Source: Pseudomonadota bacterium
GTDB lineage: Bacteria; Desulfobacterota; Desulfobacteria; Desulfobacterales; JBDRRP01
Assembly (NCBI GenBank): GCA_043825735.1
Contig: JBDRRP010000107.1
Location: 1-64,000 of the forward strand
Reading direction: 5' to 3'
Length of the DNA stretch: 64,000 nucleotides
The notes under the pieces were generated by a model. The model made no database searches, was not told the DNA's origin, and saw only the letters and a program-made list of their open reading frames with translations. Position numbers and translations under genes: made by a program. Within the stretch, counting starts at the first letter, position 1, and each line of letters opens with the position of its first letter. Shown here one piece after another: positions 10,331-20,649 of the stretch.

Positions 10331-11547
10331 TTGTCGAACTCCACTGGTGATCCGTTGGAGACCTTCGATTCGGGTGCCGCCACCAGCAGCGCGCCGTCAT
10401 GGAGGCCCGAAATGACTTCCACCTGATCGCCGTAGGTGCGGCCCAGCCGGATCAGCCGGAAGCGTGCCGTCTTCTCGCCGTCCACCATGAACACCCCGGT
10501 CAACTGTCCCTGCCGGACCACTGCCGAGCCGGGGATGCGGATCATTCGTTTTTCGCCGATCGTCAGCGGGACCCGGGCGAACATGCCCGATTTGAGGGCC
10601 GACGGATCTCCGACGCCCACCTGGACGATGAACGTACGGCTACTCTGGTCGGCGGACGGAATGATCACGTCCACCGTCCCGGTGAGCGTGAGATCGTTCA
10701 CGGCCGGGATGCGGACATTTACCGGCTGGTCGATATGCACCGAATGGATATAGGTTTCGGGAACCGCGAGATCGACCCGGTAGCCGCTTTCCCGCTCGAT
10801 GGTCAGCAGCGGGGTGCCGGGGGCGGCCAGCCCCCCCGCGTCCGCCAGTTTCGCCGTCACCTTGCCATCGAAGGGTGCCAGGACCCGGGCGTCTTTGAGG
10901 GCAACCGCCGCCGCGTCAACCGCCCCCTGGGCCTGGTGGATGCGGGAACTGGCGGCGTCCACCATGGCTTTAGCCTGGGACAGGGCGGCCTGGGCCTGTT
11001 TGTATTGGGCATCGACGGTTTCGAACGATTCCTGCGTGATGGCCCCGCCGTCGAGCATGGTGCGGCCTCGGCGATACGCCAGCAAGGCCCGCTGGGCATC
11101 GGCCTCGGCAGCCTGCTGGGCGGACAGGGCCGCGGTTTTTGCCTTCTGCGCCTCTGCCAGGGCCGCCTTGGCCTGACTCAATTGGGCCGAAACCTGGCGC
11201 TCGTCCAACACCACGAGGACGTCACCGGAGGAAACCCGGTCCCCTTCGGCGACCTGAAAGGCCCTGATAATCCCCATGAGCTTGCTGGAAACCGTGGCGG
11301 ACACTTTCGCCTTGACCGTTCCAACAGCTTCGTAGACGACAGGCTGGAGTTCCTGGCGCACGGTGACCACCGTCACCGGAACGGCCGGCCCTTTGGCCCC
11401 CGCGGTGTTGCCCGGTTCGATTTTCTCCGAGCAGCCGGCCGCCGCCAGCAGCGCGAAAAGAAGAGCCGCCATCCGGCGGTGTGTCCCGTTCCATCGGGAG
11501 TCGTCGGCGAAATCATGTCGCTGTGGATTTCTTTTGAAAAATTTCAC
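10327..11547 (-). CDS. RND periplasmic adaptor (membrane fusion protein), probable lipoprotein; start uncertain
   Basis: LAAAGC lipobox, lipoyl half-motifs (VAEGDRV, APFDGKV), Ala-rich hairpin, KSGMFARV; overlaps the RND start. GTG 11547 has an AAGGA RBS; alternative starts 11577 and 11472. Confidence 0.9.
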   Translation of the reverse strand: MKFFKRNPQRHDFADDSRWNGTHRRMAALLFALLAAAGCSEKIEPGNTAGAKGPAVPVTVVTVRQELQPVVYEAVGTVKAKVSATVSSKLMGIIRAFQVAEGDRVSSGDVLVVLDERQVSAQLSQAKAALAEAQKAKTAALSAQQAAEADAQRALLAYRRGRTMLDGGAITQESFETVDAQYKQAQAALSQAKAMVDAASSRIHQAQGAVDAAAVALKDARVLAPFDGKVTAKLADAGGLAAPGTPLLTIERESGYRVDLAVPETYIHSVHIDQPVNVRIPAVNDLTLTGTVDVIIPSADQSSRTFIVQVGVGDPSALKSGMFARVPLTIGEKRMIRIPGSAVVRQGQLTGVFMVDGEKTARFRLIRLGRTYGDQVEVISGLHDGALLVAAPESKVSNGSPVEFDK

Positions 11548-12023
11548 GGTATTTGTCCTTTTTCGGTTCTCTACCATGCACCAGCGAACCCTCAACGGCT
11601 GATGACTCCGGTGTTATTGAGTGCCACAACGCTCACTTGTGATTATGGCTTTCTTAGCGTTCTCCGTGAGTCGGGTGATGTGATTTTAAGAGCGCCCCCA
11701 GTTGCTGAACGTTACAATAATTTCCGAAAGGCCCACGGCCGTCATGTTTTCATTGAGGCCCTCACCGGAGGGGGACCTCATGAGAAATCGTAGAAAGAAG
11801 AACCAATGCGTTAAGCCGTTGCGTGGGGAAACACCGGATTGCCCCACGGCGTTCATGCCAATTGTTTACTGCCGGGCAGCGTGTGTCAAGAATGAGGCCG
11901 AGCGGAATATCTGCTTTTACACTATTTCATGAATTTGCGACAACACTTAAATGGTTTTCGGATGCTGCTGCCGGCCGGGCAAGGTGCCCGACTTTCAAAA
12001 CGCATGCTTCGGTGCACGCGGCG

Positions 12024-14645
12024 CTATCCGGAGGCGCCATCGGTGGGGGCAGCAGCGGGCGGCGCCGGGGTGCTCATGGCATAGTCTCCAGAGAGAAAAC
12101 AGGCGGCCAGGCGATCCACCGAAGCCTCGTCGGTCATGAGCATGTCCATCTGGCGGGTGTACATGACCAGACGCCCCAACTGGTCCAGGACGTATTTGAT
12201 TTTTTGCGCCGTCTGTTTGCCGAAGCGGGCCTGGATCCGGTCGCCCCGGACCTGGGTCCAGAACCCCAGGGCGCTGAGGATGCGCTGAATCACCCGCGCG
12301 CGTCGGTTGCGGCGCAGGTCGTCGGCCGCGCCGCCCTTGAATTCGAAGTTGACGTAATTCTTGGCCTCTTCGGGACCGCAGAAGGTATCCAGAATACTGA
12401 AGTGATATCCGACCCGGGAGCTGAAGTTGAGATATTTGTCGGAGATGATGGCGTAACTTTTTTCGCCGAAACGCTCGGTGTGGATCGTCGGCGGTGAGAG
12501 CATCTGTCTGGAAAAAACCGACAAAAAGCCCCCCAGGTTCACCGGCGCAGGGGATCGCCGGATGAGGGCGTCGCAGGTCATGCCCCCCAGCAGCGCGCGA
12601 AACGGATCCGAGGTCACCTGTTCGTTGGTGATTTGGCGGTTGCCGGACGCCTCGGCAGTGATGCCGCCGCCCAAATCGATGACGTAAAGGTCCAGCGGCA
12701 GGCCGGCATCGAGCCGGACCGACAGACCCGTCCGGTCCGTGGCCAGATCGCTGATCTGGAACATTTCCCGGTAACCCACTTCATGGACCAGACGCATGAT
12801 GTCGTGGACGGTCCGACAGGCGGCCGGTGAGAACCCGGGGCTGTCGGGATCGGTGAGGTTGAGGGGGACGATGAGCGCTGTGAGATCCTTCAACCATTGG
12901 TACATCTGGGTCGTGATCATCCGGTGGGGGCGCCGGCATGGTTCGCTCAGCAGTTCCTCGACACGCCCTCGGTAAACCCGGCCGCTGTTGGCATCCACGG
13001 TGATGAGTGCGCCCGGGGCGGCCAGCGTGACGGCCTCCGGCAGATTCAGAATCGTCGGCAGGTTGAACTCTCTGGCCAGTGACGCCATGTGGCCGGTGAC
13101 GCTGCCGGCGCAGGTGATGATGGCGCTGGCCTTGTGCATCACCATGACCAGCCGAGGCGATGAATGGGGCGCGGCCAGGACACCGTTTTCCGGAAAGCGG
13201 TTCAGGTCCTCGTCGTTGAGGACGACATGCACCGGGCCGGCGCCGACACCGGCGCAGGCCACATCGCCGCCCTCGGCCAGCAGGTCGTGGCCGGCAACCG
13301 GGGGTGTCGCCTCGGATCGCTGCCGGTGGACCGCCGTCAGGGGGCGCGACTGCAGTACGATGAGCGCTCCCGCCTCGTCCAGCGCCCATTCAACGTCCTG
13401 GGGGCTGCCAAAGTGGGTTTCCAGGCGGCTGCCGTAGACGGCCAGCGTGTGCAGCTGCGCATCATTCAAACACGGGGCATTCTGCCACGCCTGGGGCACT
13501 GCTGAGGCCGTGACTGCGCCGGTTTCCGCTGACCACTGGAGGCGGCGGTGTTTGGTGGCGAGCCGACGTTCGAGCACGGGGTGAGGGGCGTCGGCTGACA
13601 GCCAGTAGGTGTCGGGCGTCACTTCTCCATCGGCCACAACGGTTCCCAGTCCCCAGGTGGCGTTGATGATCATGGCGCCGGCGCGCTGGCCCGTCGGATC
13701 CCGTGTGAACAGGATGCCGCTGGCCCTGGCGGCGATCATCTGCTGGCAGACCACACCCATGGCGATGTCGTCGGCACGGATGCCCTTGAGGATGCGATAG
13801 GCGACGGCGCGCGGGGAGAACAGGCTGGCGAGCACCTGGCGGTAGCCGTCCATCAGGGCATCCGGGTGAACGCCCAAAAGGCTCGAATACTGCCCGGCAA
13901 AGGAAACCTCACCGCCGTCTTCACCGACGGCACTGCTGCGAAGCGCCACGGCGGGCAGTGCGCCGCCGGGTCCCGGTGGTATCCGGTCTTTAACCGCCGA
14001 CGTGATCGCCTCGGCCACCGGCGGCGGGATCTCGGACGACATGATCAGATCGTTGACCCGGGCACTGAGGCGGTCCAGGGTTTCGGGGCGCTCATCGGAG
14101 AGTTCCATCTTCAACCGATTGATGGCTTCAACCAGGTTGTTGTGCGTTAAGAAGGCTTCAAAGGAACTCGTCGTTATGGCGAATCCGGCCGGAACCGGAA
14201 GCCCCGCCGCGCCGTGGACCTCTCCCAGGTTGGCGCTTTTGCCGCCGACGACGTCGGCCATGTCGCGGCCCACCGCATCGAAAGGCATCACCCATGGCGC
14301 CGGAAGGCGCCGGCGGGTGGTGGACAGTCGGGTGTTGATGTCCGCACCGATACGCTCCCACACCTGTTTCAGTTGGCCGTAGCGGCCGTCGGACAGCCGG
14401 TCCAAGCTGTAGACCATGCGCCCCGCGTGAAAGACCGTGCGCGTGGCCAGGCGCAGCAGGTAGCCCGCACCGAATACCGTTTCACCATTTAATTTTTCTT
14501 CGGCGTCACTGATGATGTCCAGCAACTCGGCGTTGGATTCCTGGAGGCGCTGAAAGTTGTCGTATTTTTCGTGAAACACTGCCAGCGTCCCGCCGGAAGG
14601 CGGCGCCGGTTTACCGAGGCGGCGGCGTAGCCAATCAAATATCAT
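12024..14645 (-). CDS. PEP-synthase-like protein (ATP-grasp + phospho-His swivel domain, no pyruvate-binding barrel)
   Basis: VGGKSANLGE, LRSSAVGED, SFAGQY, QDVEWA, LQSRP and GSVTGHMASLARE. Confidence 0.85.
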   Translation of the reverse strand: MIFDWLRRRLGKPAPPSGGTLAVFHEKYDNFQRLQESNAELLDIISDAEEKLNGETVFGAGYLLRLATRTVFHAGRMVYSLDRLSDGRYGQLKQVWERIGADINTRLSTTRRRLPAPWVMPFDAVGRDMADVVGGKSANLGEVHGAAGLPVPAGFAITTSSFEAFLTHNNLVEAINRLKMELSDERPETLDRLSARVNDLIMSSEIPPPVAEAITSAVKDRIPPGPGGALPAVALRSSAVGEDGGEVSFAGQYSSLLGVHPDALMDGYRQVLASLFSPRAVAYRILKGIRADDIAMGVVCQQMIAARASGILFTRDPTGQRAGAMIINATWGLGTVVADGEVTPDTYWLSADAPHPVLERRLATKHRRLQWSAETGAVTASAVPQAWQNAPCLNDAQLHTLAVYGSRLETHFGSPQDVEWALDEAGALIVLQSRPLTAVHRQRSEATPPVAGHDLLAEGGDVACAGVGAGPVHVVLNDEDLNRFPENGVLAAPHSSPRLVMVMHKASAIITCAGSVTGHMASLAREFNLPTILNLPEAVTLAAPGALITVDANSGRVYRGRVEELLSEPCRRPHRMITTQMYQWLKDLTALIVPLNLTDPDSPGFSPAACRTVHDIMRLVHEVGYREMFQISDLATDRTGLSVRLDAGLPLDLYVIDLGGGITAEASGNRQITNEQVTSDPFRALLGGMTCDALIRRSPAPVNLGGFLSVFSRQMLSPPTIHTERFGEKSYAIISDKYLNFSSRVGYHFSILDTFCGPEEAKNYVNFEFKGGAADDLRRNRRARVIQRILSALGFWTQVRGDRIQARFGKQTAQKIKYVLDQLGRLVMYTRQMDMLMTDEASVDRLAACFLSGDYAMSTPAPPAAAPTDGASG

Positions 14646-14718
14646 ATGATGCTTCTCCAGCCTGATTGATGAAAAGGGTACAGGTCCAAGGGCGATGGCC
14701 AGGGAAAAAGCCGGTGTC

Positions 14719-14927
14719 TCTCGCAAAGCCGCAAAGGTATCACATAATATTAATGAAGTTTTTCTTGGCGCACTTGGCGTCTTTGCGAGAAAATTGCTTT
14801 TTCAGGACTGTCAAGGTTGATAAGCCTGTAAAAAGTATTCTTGAACGACAGAAATCGCAGAGACTCTCAATAATTACATCGAATACTAAATTGAGTCATC
14901 CCTGCGCCCTCTGCGGTGATTTCAGAT
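14719..14927. repeat. Two adjacent palindromic repeats (CGCAAAG variant and degenerate family A)
   Basis: TCTCGCAAAG..CGCAAAG...CTTTGCGAGA at 14719-14790; GTAAAAAGT...CTCTGCGGTGATTTCAGA at ~14816-14927. Confidence 0.7.
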
Positions 14928-17510
14928 CAGCTCGTAGCGCACGCTCCGTCCGCTGCCCGTGCGCCGCAGCAGTCCCTTGTCTACCAGATCCTGCAGATCG
15001 TAAATGGCCGTGCGCGTCGATACGCTTTCACCGCACCACGGCGGGTACTCCTGTCGACGCAGGCCGCCATGCTCCAGAATTTTCGGCCATGCCCGCCGCT
15101 GACGGTTGTTGAGGCCTGGCGGCAACGCCGTTTCGGGCGGCTGGGTTGCGGCCGCCGTGGCGGCATCGTTTTGGGACAAATCGCCGGGCCGGGAAACCGG
15201 CTGCGGCAGGTATTCAGCGAGGGCGGCGCCTGTTTGTGCCGGGATACACCCGTCACTGTCGCCGTCGGCGCCGAGCACGACATCGTCTGCCTGCAGTACT
15301 GCCGATTCGCTCATGACCACTGCCCGCATGATGCAGTGCTGCAGCTCCCGGATGTTGCCCGGCCACCGGTAGTTGCAGAGTTTTTCAAGCGCGCCCTTGC
15401 TGAATGCCAGCTCTCCCCGGTTGGTCTGGAACCGGTGCTGCTGGAGGTAGTGGCCGGCCAGCAGCGGGATGTTTTGCGCAATGTCGCGCAGGGGGGGCGT
15501 GTGAATCGGTATCACCATGAGTCTGAAATAGAGATCCTCCCGGAACATTTCCTTTTCGATGAGTTTTCTCAGATCTACGTTGGCCGCCGCGATCAAACGC
15601 ACGTTCACCTCGATCTCTCCATCGCTGCCCAAAGGCCGGATCCGCCGCATGGCAATGGCCCGCAGCAGCGACTGCTGCACCTTGGGCGAGGCTGACTGGA
15701 TTTCGTCCAGAAACAGCGTGCCGCCGCTGGCCTGCAAAAACGCCCCCTTGCGATCGGTGCGCGCTTCGGTGAAGGCGCCGCGGACATGACCGAAAAGGGT
15801 GTCCAGCAGGAGCTGCTCATCGAGGGCGCCGCAGTTGATGGAAATGAGCGGCTGCGGCGCCCGGTCGCTGAGTCGGTGTATGGCTTCTGCAGCCAATTGC
15901 TTGCCGGTGCCGGTTTCTCCCTGGATGAGCACGTCCACATCGACGCGCGCAGCCTTCAGAATCTCCCCGCGGAGTTTATCAAGTTTCGTGCCAAAGCCGA
16001 CGATGCCGGGGACCTGGGAGAGCTCTTCCGGGGTGGCCGCGGGCATCACGGTCTTAAGGGCGATCGGTGCACGCTGGGCGGCGGTGTGGATGGTCACATC
16101 ACGCTGCCGGATTTCTTCCACCTGCCGGTTGACGGTGGCGATCATGTGGTTGATTGCATCACGAAGTGCGATGACCTCGGTGCCCCGGTACGGTTGGGCC
16201 AAGGGCTCCAGCCGGCCGGTCAGATCGAGATTGCGGACTTGGCAGGCCAACGAGAGAATCGGCCGGGTCAGCAGGGTGCCCAGGATGAAAATCGTAATGA
16301 CCATCACCGCGGCGGTGAACAGGATAATCAGAAACATGGCGTCCAGATGCTTGTAGCCGGCCGCTGTGGTCAGGCGACTGACGTCCATATAGCCGATCCC
16401 CGCGTAAATGAACGCCGACGCCTCGCCACCCGGAGAAAAACGGATGGGCGCGTAGGCGAGAAACGCCTCCTTCTCACTGGTTTGCGAGCCGTTGGTGTCC
16501 AGGCGTACGGCAGCGTATTGTCCCTCCCGGACGGCGGTCACCATCTGCCAGAAACGCCCGTGTTTGGAAGCCGGCCGGAATGCGCCCGGGATACCGGGGC
16601 GGCCCAGGGTGCCGCTGAAACCGGTGCGGGCCAGAAAGGTGGCGAGTTCCGCGTCCGGTTGTTCCGGGTCTTCGGATTGAAACAGAATCCAGCCATCGGC
16701 ATCGAACAGATAACTGTAGCGGATTTCCGGTGTCCGGTTGAAGGCATGCAGCGGCGAGCGGGTCGAGTTGTACACCGACAGGATGTTCCTGAGGGCCTTT
16801 ACGTTGAAGGCGATCAGCAGATAACCTGATCGGCTCGGGGTTCCCATATAGATAAGGTGGTCGGCAACCCTTGGCAGGCCGCCGCTGAGATCGGTGCAGG
16901 GCAGCACGGAATCGGTGACGTAACTGATCCAGACTTCGCCGGGTGAGAGCCCGGATAGGGATTCCATGAAGATCCGGGGGTCGGGGCTCATCGACTGAAT
17001 GGCCGTCGGTGGCAGAATGGCGGTGTGCCCGGCTTTTGCACAAGTCATCAGGTGATTTGCGTCATTTGCACTCAAAAAGAGAATGCTGCGGTAATCGACC
17101 CCGTGGGTTGCCCGAAGTTGCGCGAGAAACAGGGGCGCAGTCGTTTCGTTGATGTCCTGGTTTGCAAGAAAAAGAAGCGTCTTTTTCCGCTCATTTAGAA
17201 AAGATTCGATTTCATGCTTGATGGCCATGACCTGAAGCCGCGTGGAGCGCTCCAGGGCTCTGGCGATGAAATCCTGGGATATCCAGTACGTCACATAGCC
17301 GGCGATCACCATGAGCAGTACCACCGGTAGGGTGATGGTGATGATCAGGCGGGTTTTCAGGCTGTTCCAGGCGATGGGACGCTGGAACCGTGCCAGATTG
17401 AGATAGGGGAACTGGTTGTTGAACAGCGGCTGAGGAGCGCTGTCGATTTTCTTTACACTGTGATCATCCCTTTGGCAATTCCGGTCGGCCATTCCAATCT
17501 CCCGCGTCAT
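14922..17510 (-). CDS. Membrane-anchored sigma54-dependent activator (periplasmic sensor - HAMP - AAA+ - winged HTH); start uncertain
   Basis: Two TMs, HAMP (TRPI...EVIALRDAINHM), GETGTGK, GAFTEA, FLDEI, FREDLYFRL, WPGNIREL. Confidence 0.9.
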   Translation of the reverse strand: MTREIGMADRNCQRDDHSVKKIDSAPQPLFNNQFPYLNLARFQRPIAWNSLKTRLIITITLPVVLLMVIAGYVTYWISQDFIARALERSTRLQVMAIKHEIESFLNERKKTLLFLANQDINETTAPLFLAQLRATHGVDYRSILFLSANDANHLMTCAKAGHTAILPPTAIQSMSPDPRIFMESLSGLSPGEVWISYVTDSVLPCTDLSGGLPRVADHLIYMGTPSRSGYLLIAFNVKALRNILSVYNSTRSPLHAFNRTPEIRYSYLFDADGWILFQSEDPEQPDAELATFLARTGFSGTLGRPGIPGAFRPASKHGRFWQMVTAVREGQYAAVRLDTNGSQTSEKEAFLAYAPIRFSPGGEASAFIYAGIGYMDVSRLTTAAGYKHLDAMFLIILFTAAVMVITIFILGTLLTRPILSLACQVRNLDLTGRLEPLAQPYRGTEVIALRDAINHMIATVNRQVEEIRQRDVTIHTAAQRAPIALKTVMPAATPEELSQVPGIVGFGTKLDKLRGEILKAARVDVDVLIQGETGTGKQLAAEAIHRLSDRAPQPLISINCGALDEQLLLDTLFGHVRGAFTEARTDRKGAFLQASGGTLFLDEIQSASPKVQQSLLRAIAMRRIRPLGSDGEIEVNVRLIAAANVDLRKLIEKEMFREDLYFRLMVIPIHTPPLRDIAQNIPLLAGHYLQQHRFQTNRGELAFSKGALEKLCNYRWPGNIRELQHCIMRAVVMSESAVLQADDVVLGADGDSDGCIPAQTGAALAEYLPQPVSRPGDLSQNDAATAAATQPPETALPPGLNNRQRRAWPKILEHGGLRRQEYPPWCGESVSTRTAIYDLQDLVDKGLLRRTGSGRSVRYELI
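17441..17466. promoter_or_regulatory. Putative activator (UAS) site, partial match
   Basis: TGTCGA-TTTTC-TTTACA-CTG-TGATCA, about 140 bp upstream of the sigma54 promoter at 17596. Confidence 0.5.
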
Positions 17511-17595
17511 TTTTTTCGAGTACTGTCCTGCCTTTTGTTCAATTCAGCCCCAATGCTACCCAGCGACGCAGTTTTATCGTGCAAAAACCGTGCAA

Positions 17596-17611
17596 TGGCA
17601 TGGCGGCTGCA
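17596..17611 (+). promoter_or_regulatory. sigma54 (-24/-12) promoter
   Basis: TGGCATGGCGGCTGCA with GG-N10-GC spacing, upstream of the 17714 operon and divergent from a sigma54 activator. Confidence 0.7.
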
Positions 17612-17713
17612 AATGAGAGCTACAAACGGCGGCGGACAAGCGCCGGAACACAGAAGAACAGTGCCCCGAAAGGGCAATGAAATGGCAAGACAAGACAACG
17701 CAAAGGAGGATTT

Positions 17714-18016
17714 ATGAACATCGTAAGACGGACCGGATGGATGGGCGTGGGCGTCCTGACCCTGCTGACGTGGGCAGGGGCTGCGTGGGCGGGCGGCGGC
17801 GGGGCTTCGGAATTGGTGTGTGTGGCCGATACCCGGGTGATCGGCGGCGGCGTCATGCGCTACTTTGCCGATCTCTACAATTTCAACACCACCCTGTTTG
17901 CCGTATGGGCCGCGGCATTGACGGCCGTCTACGGCTGCGTGCTGGGGGTATTGATGGATTTTCTCATGTCGCGGACCGGACTGGATCTCAAGAGCCGAAA
18001 AATCGTCGAACACTAA
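17714..18016 (+). CDS. Small membrane protein, DVU0150-like
   Basis: AAGGAGG RBS; AWAGGGGASELVCVADTR...ADLYN...LMSRTGLDLKSRKIVEH; directly upstream of a TauE gene. Confidence 0.8.
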   Translation: MNIVRRTGWMGVGVLTLLTWAGAAWAGGGGASELVCVADTRVIGGGVMRYFADLYNFNTTLFAVWAAALTAVYGCVLGVLMDFLMSRTGLDLKSRKIVEH

Positions 18017-18058
18017 TTTTTCGCAGGCCGACCGCCTGCTGATTTAAAGGAGGACACT

Positions 18059-19102
18059 ATGGATTTTCTGGCCAATGCAGACTGGTTGTACATGTACATG
18101 CCCATCGCCGGGGTCAAGATCTTCTGGCCCGGGCTGGTGCTCATCGGGTTTTCAGTGGGTGTCATCGGCGGCTTTTTCGGCATGGGCGGCGCCTGGATGG
18201 TGACCCCCGGCCTTAATATCCTCGGCTTTCCCATGGCGTTTGCCATCGGTACCGACATGGCCCATATTGCCGGCAAGTCGATGATTTCGACCATGCGCCA
18301 TTCCAAATTCGGCAATGTGGATTACAAACTGGGCATCGTGATGCTTGTGGGCACCATGGTGGGCATCGAGTGCGGGGCGCAGATCGTGATGTACCTGGAG
18401 CGCCTGGGGCAGGTGGGGCCTGTCGTGCGCTGGGTCTATGTGGGTTTTCTCGCCCTGATCGCCTTCATGGTCTTTTACGACTATTACGTGGCCGTCAGCA
18501 AGAAAAAGGCCGGTGTCACCGACGGCGAGCACGGCACCGAGGGGATCACCTGGTATAAGACCCTTCACCGGATCAACATCCCGCCCATGATGCATTTCAA
18601 GACGGCGGGGTTTACCTGCTCGGCCTGGCTGCCTATCATGGTGAGCTTTCTGACCGGCGTGCTGGCGGGTTTTCTGGGCATCGGCGGCGGCCTGCTGCGG
18701 ATGCCGGCACTGGTTTATCTCATCGGATGCCCGACCCACATCGCAGTGGGGACGGACCTTTTCGAAGTCATGATCTCAGGGCTTTACGGCGCATTCACCT
18801 ATGCCATCAAAGGGCGCATCGAACTGGTCGCCGTATTTGTGATGCTCACCGGCGCCGCCATCGGCGCTCAGATCGGCACCGTGGCCACCAAGTACGCCAA
18901 GGGTTACGGCATTCGGTTGGCCTTCGGCACGGCTGTTCTGTGCTGCATGGTTTCCATCATTCTCAAACAGTACGGTTTCTCGGCATCCGCCGCGGTCCTG
19001 ATTCTCGGAACGATCTCCCTGATCTGCGTATACATTATAAAAATAATGTGGGTGGGGGCGGCCGAGGAGCTTCGGGCAAAGAAAAAGGCACAGACGGCCT
19101 AA
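18059..19102 (+). CDS. TauE/SafE family sulfite exporter-like membrane protein
   Basis: Duplicated GFFGMGGA / GFLGIGGG...GTD motifs; AGGAGG RBS. Confidence 0.9.
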   Translation: MDFLANADWLYMYMPIAGVKIFWPGLVLIGFSVGVIGGFFGMGGAWMVTPGLNILGFPMAFAIGTDMAHIAGKSMISTMRHSKFGNVDYKLGIVMLVGTMVGIECGAQIVMYLERLGQVGPVVRWVYVGFLALIAFMVFYDYYVAVSKKKAGVTDGEHGTEGITWYKTLHRINIPPMMHFKTAGFTCSAWLPIMVSFLTGVLAGFLGIGGGLLRMPALVYLIGCPTHIAVGTDLFEVMISGLYGAFTYAIKGRIELVAVFVMLTGAAIGAQIGTVATKYAKGYGIRLAFGTAVLCCMVSIILKQYGFSASAAVLILGTISLICVYIIKIMWVGAAEELRAKKKAQTA

Positions 19103-19147
19103 GGCGTCTGAATGACACTAACTGCACCCCGATAAGGAGACAGTATA

Positions 19148-19477
19148 ATGAAGACCAGAGCACTCGTCATTACGGCAATACTGCTGGCGGCGATGACCGC
19201 AACGGCCTGGGCCGGGGAGGTGAGCCAGGGACGCTTTATCAGCGCGAGCCAGTCGCCGGCGAAGTTCACCCTCGAAGAGTATGACACCAACTTCAGCAAG
19301 GATCATCCCTATGGCGTGCCCACTGGCATCGTCAGCCAATACGACGTCTCAAAGGCCAAGGTGGGTATCACGCCGCAGGCCGGGGACATCTTGCGCATCG
19401 CTTATGAGGAAAAAGGCGACGTCAAGCGGGCCGTCAAGGTGATGAACGTTTCCAAGCAGGACTTGCGTAAAAAATAG
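19148..19477 (+). CDS. Exported hypothetical protein
   Basis: Signal peptide ending AWA, AAGGAG RBS, in operon. Confidence 0.8.
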   Translation: MKTRALVITAILLAAMTATAWAGEVSQGRFISASQSPAKFTLEEYDTNFSKDHPYGVPTGIVSQYDVSKAKVGITPQAGDILRIAYEEKGDVKRAVKVMNVSKQDLRKK

Positions 19478-19555
19478 TCGGGTGAGGGCCGGCGCCGGCC
19501 GATCGCCGCCGCCGGCCCTATCCCTGACCGCAGCACGATGGCATGGAGTAATACG

Positions 19556-19798
19556 ATGAACCTGAAACAGAAACTTGCGGTAATTACCATGGACGCGATG
19601 CTGGTGCTGGAACTGGCGCTGTGCATGTATTTCGGCCAGCGCAGCGGCGGTGATCTCACGGCATTCTTCCTCAAGACCTTTCTGCCGGCCCTGGTGGTGA
19701 CCGTCGTGGTCGCCCGGTTTTTTATCCACCGATGGCAGGACGCGGCGCCGGACAGCGCCGATGCCACGAAAGCCGCTTGCGACGGAAGCCGCGCATGA
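19556..19798 (+). CDS. Small two-TM membrane protein
   Basis: GGAG RBS, two hydrophobic helices, stop overlaps next start (ATGA). Confidence 0.7.
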   Translation: MNLKQKLAVITMDAMLVLELALCMYFGQRSGGDLTAFFLKTFLPALVVTVVVARFFIHRWQDAAPDSADATKAACDGSRA

Positions 19799-20649
19799 AC
19801 CCCTCAGTGGTGAGACGCCTCAACCCGTTACTGCTGCTGCTCATGCTGGCCGTCATGCTGGATACCTGCGTGTCGGCGGTCCGCTCGTCGCCGCGCGCCT
19901 TTCGAGTCGTCGCCGGGCAGGAAACGGTCATCAGCGGAAAACTGGACGGGGCGGTTTTCCCGTCACCGGTCAAGGGAAATATATTTTCAGAAAACAAGAT
20001 CAAGGATCCGGTGCTGCTGGCCGGGTTGCTGCGCGCCGAGCCCACGGTGTCGCCGCTTTTCTCAGTGCGCTTTCTGGAGCGTAACGGCCGCATCTGGCGG
20101 GCCGTGCTTCGGGCGCACCCGGATGCGCAGCCCGGCGACTACGCTCTGTATGTGCTTCAGCCCAACGAGCAGCCCGAGTCCCAGCCTATTTACACGGTGC
20201 ATATTTTCCCGGATACCGCCGCCAAAGACCGTGCGGCGCCCTCCTTCAGCATGCGGTTTCTGGGGATTCCGCCATGGTGGATCGGTCTGGGGCTGGTTCC
20301 GGTAGTGGCCGCCATGCTGGCCGCCTCGTGGCAGGCCACGCGCAGCGAAGAGCGGCGGCTGCGCCGCCTGGGGATCGGCGCCATCTATAAACTGGCTCGC
20401 AAAAAGGACCGCTGGGAAATGATCGCGGGCCTGGGGACGGCCGATGGCATCGGCCCCGGAGAGCGCGTTGCGTTGCTGAGCAGGGACTTTCAGCCCATTA
20501 CCGATTTTTGTATCGACAGCGTTCACCCGGTCCACTTTACTGCCGAACTCGGGCTGGCGGTGCCGGTGACACCGAACTGCTACGTATCCCGCCTGGGGGG
20601 CGAAAGGCCGCCGGCGTCCGGGACCGGAGAAAGCGATGGCGGGCCGTGA
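19795..20649 (+). CDS. Hypothetical membrane protein
   Basis: Translationally coupled at both ends (ATGA, GTGA); two TM segments. Confidence 0.75.
   Translation: MNPSVVRRLNPLLLLLMLAVMLDTCVSAVRSSPRAFRVVAGQETVISGKLDGAVFPSPVKGNIFSENKIKDPVLLAGLLRAEPTVSPLFSVRFLERNGRIWRAVLRAHPDAQPGDYALYVLQPNEQPESQPIYTVHIFPDTAAKDRAAPSFSMRFLGIPPWWIGLGLVPVVAAMLAASWQATRSEERRLRRLGIGAIYKLARKKDRWEMIAGLGTADGIGPGERVALLSRDFQPITDFCIDSVHPVHFTAELGLAVPVTPNCYVSRLGGERPPASGTGESDGGP

Noticed and set aside
11585..11612. GCTGATGACTCC resembling the 3' half of a fluoride riboswitch
   Set aside because: The 5' GATGGnGT stem is missing and it is on the strand opposite the adjacent efflux genes.
11780..11932. Small + strand ORF after a GGAGG
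   Set aside because: No recognisable motif; overlaps hairpins and the probable promoter region.
12024..14645. Call as ppsA (also 41119-43761)
   Set aside because: The PEP/pyruvate-binding barrel motifs are absent.
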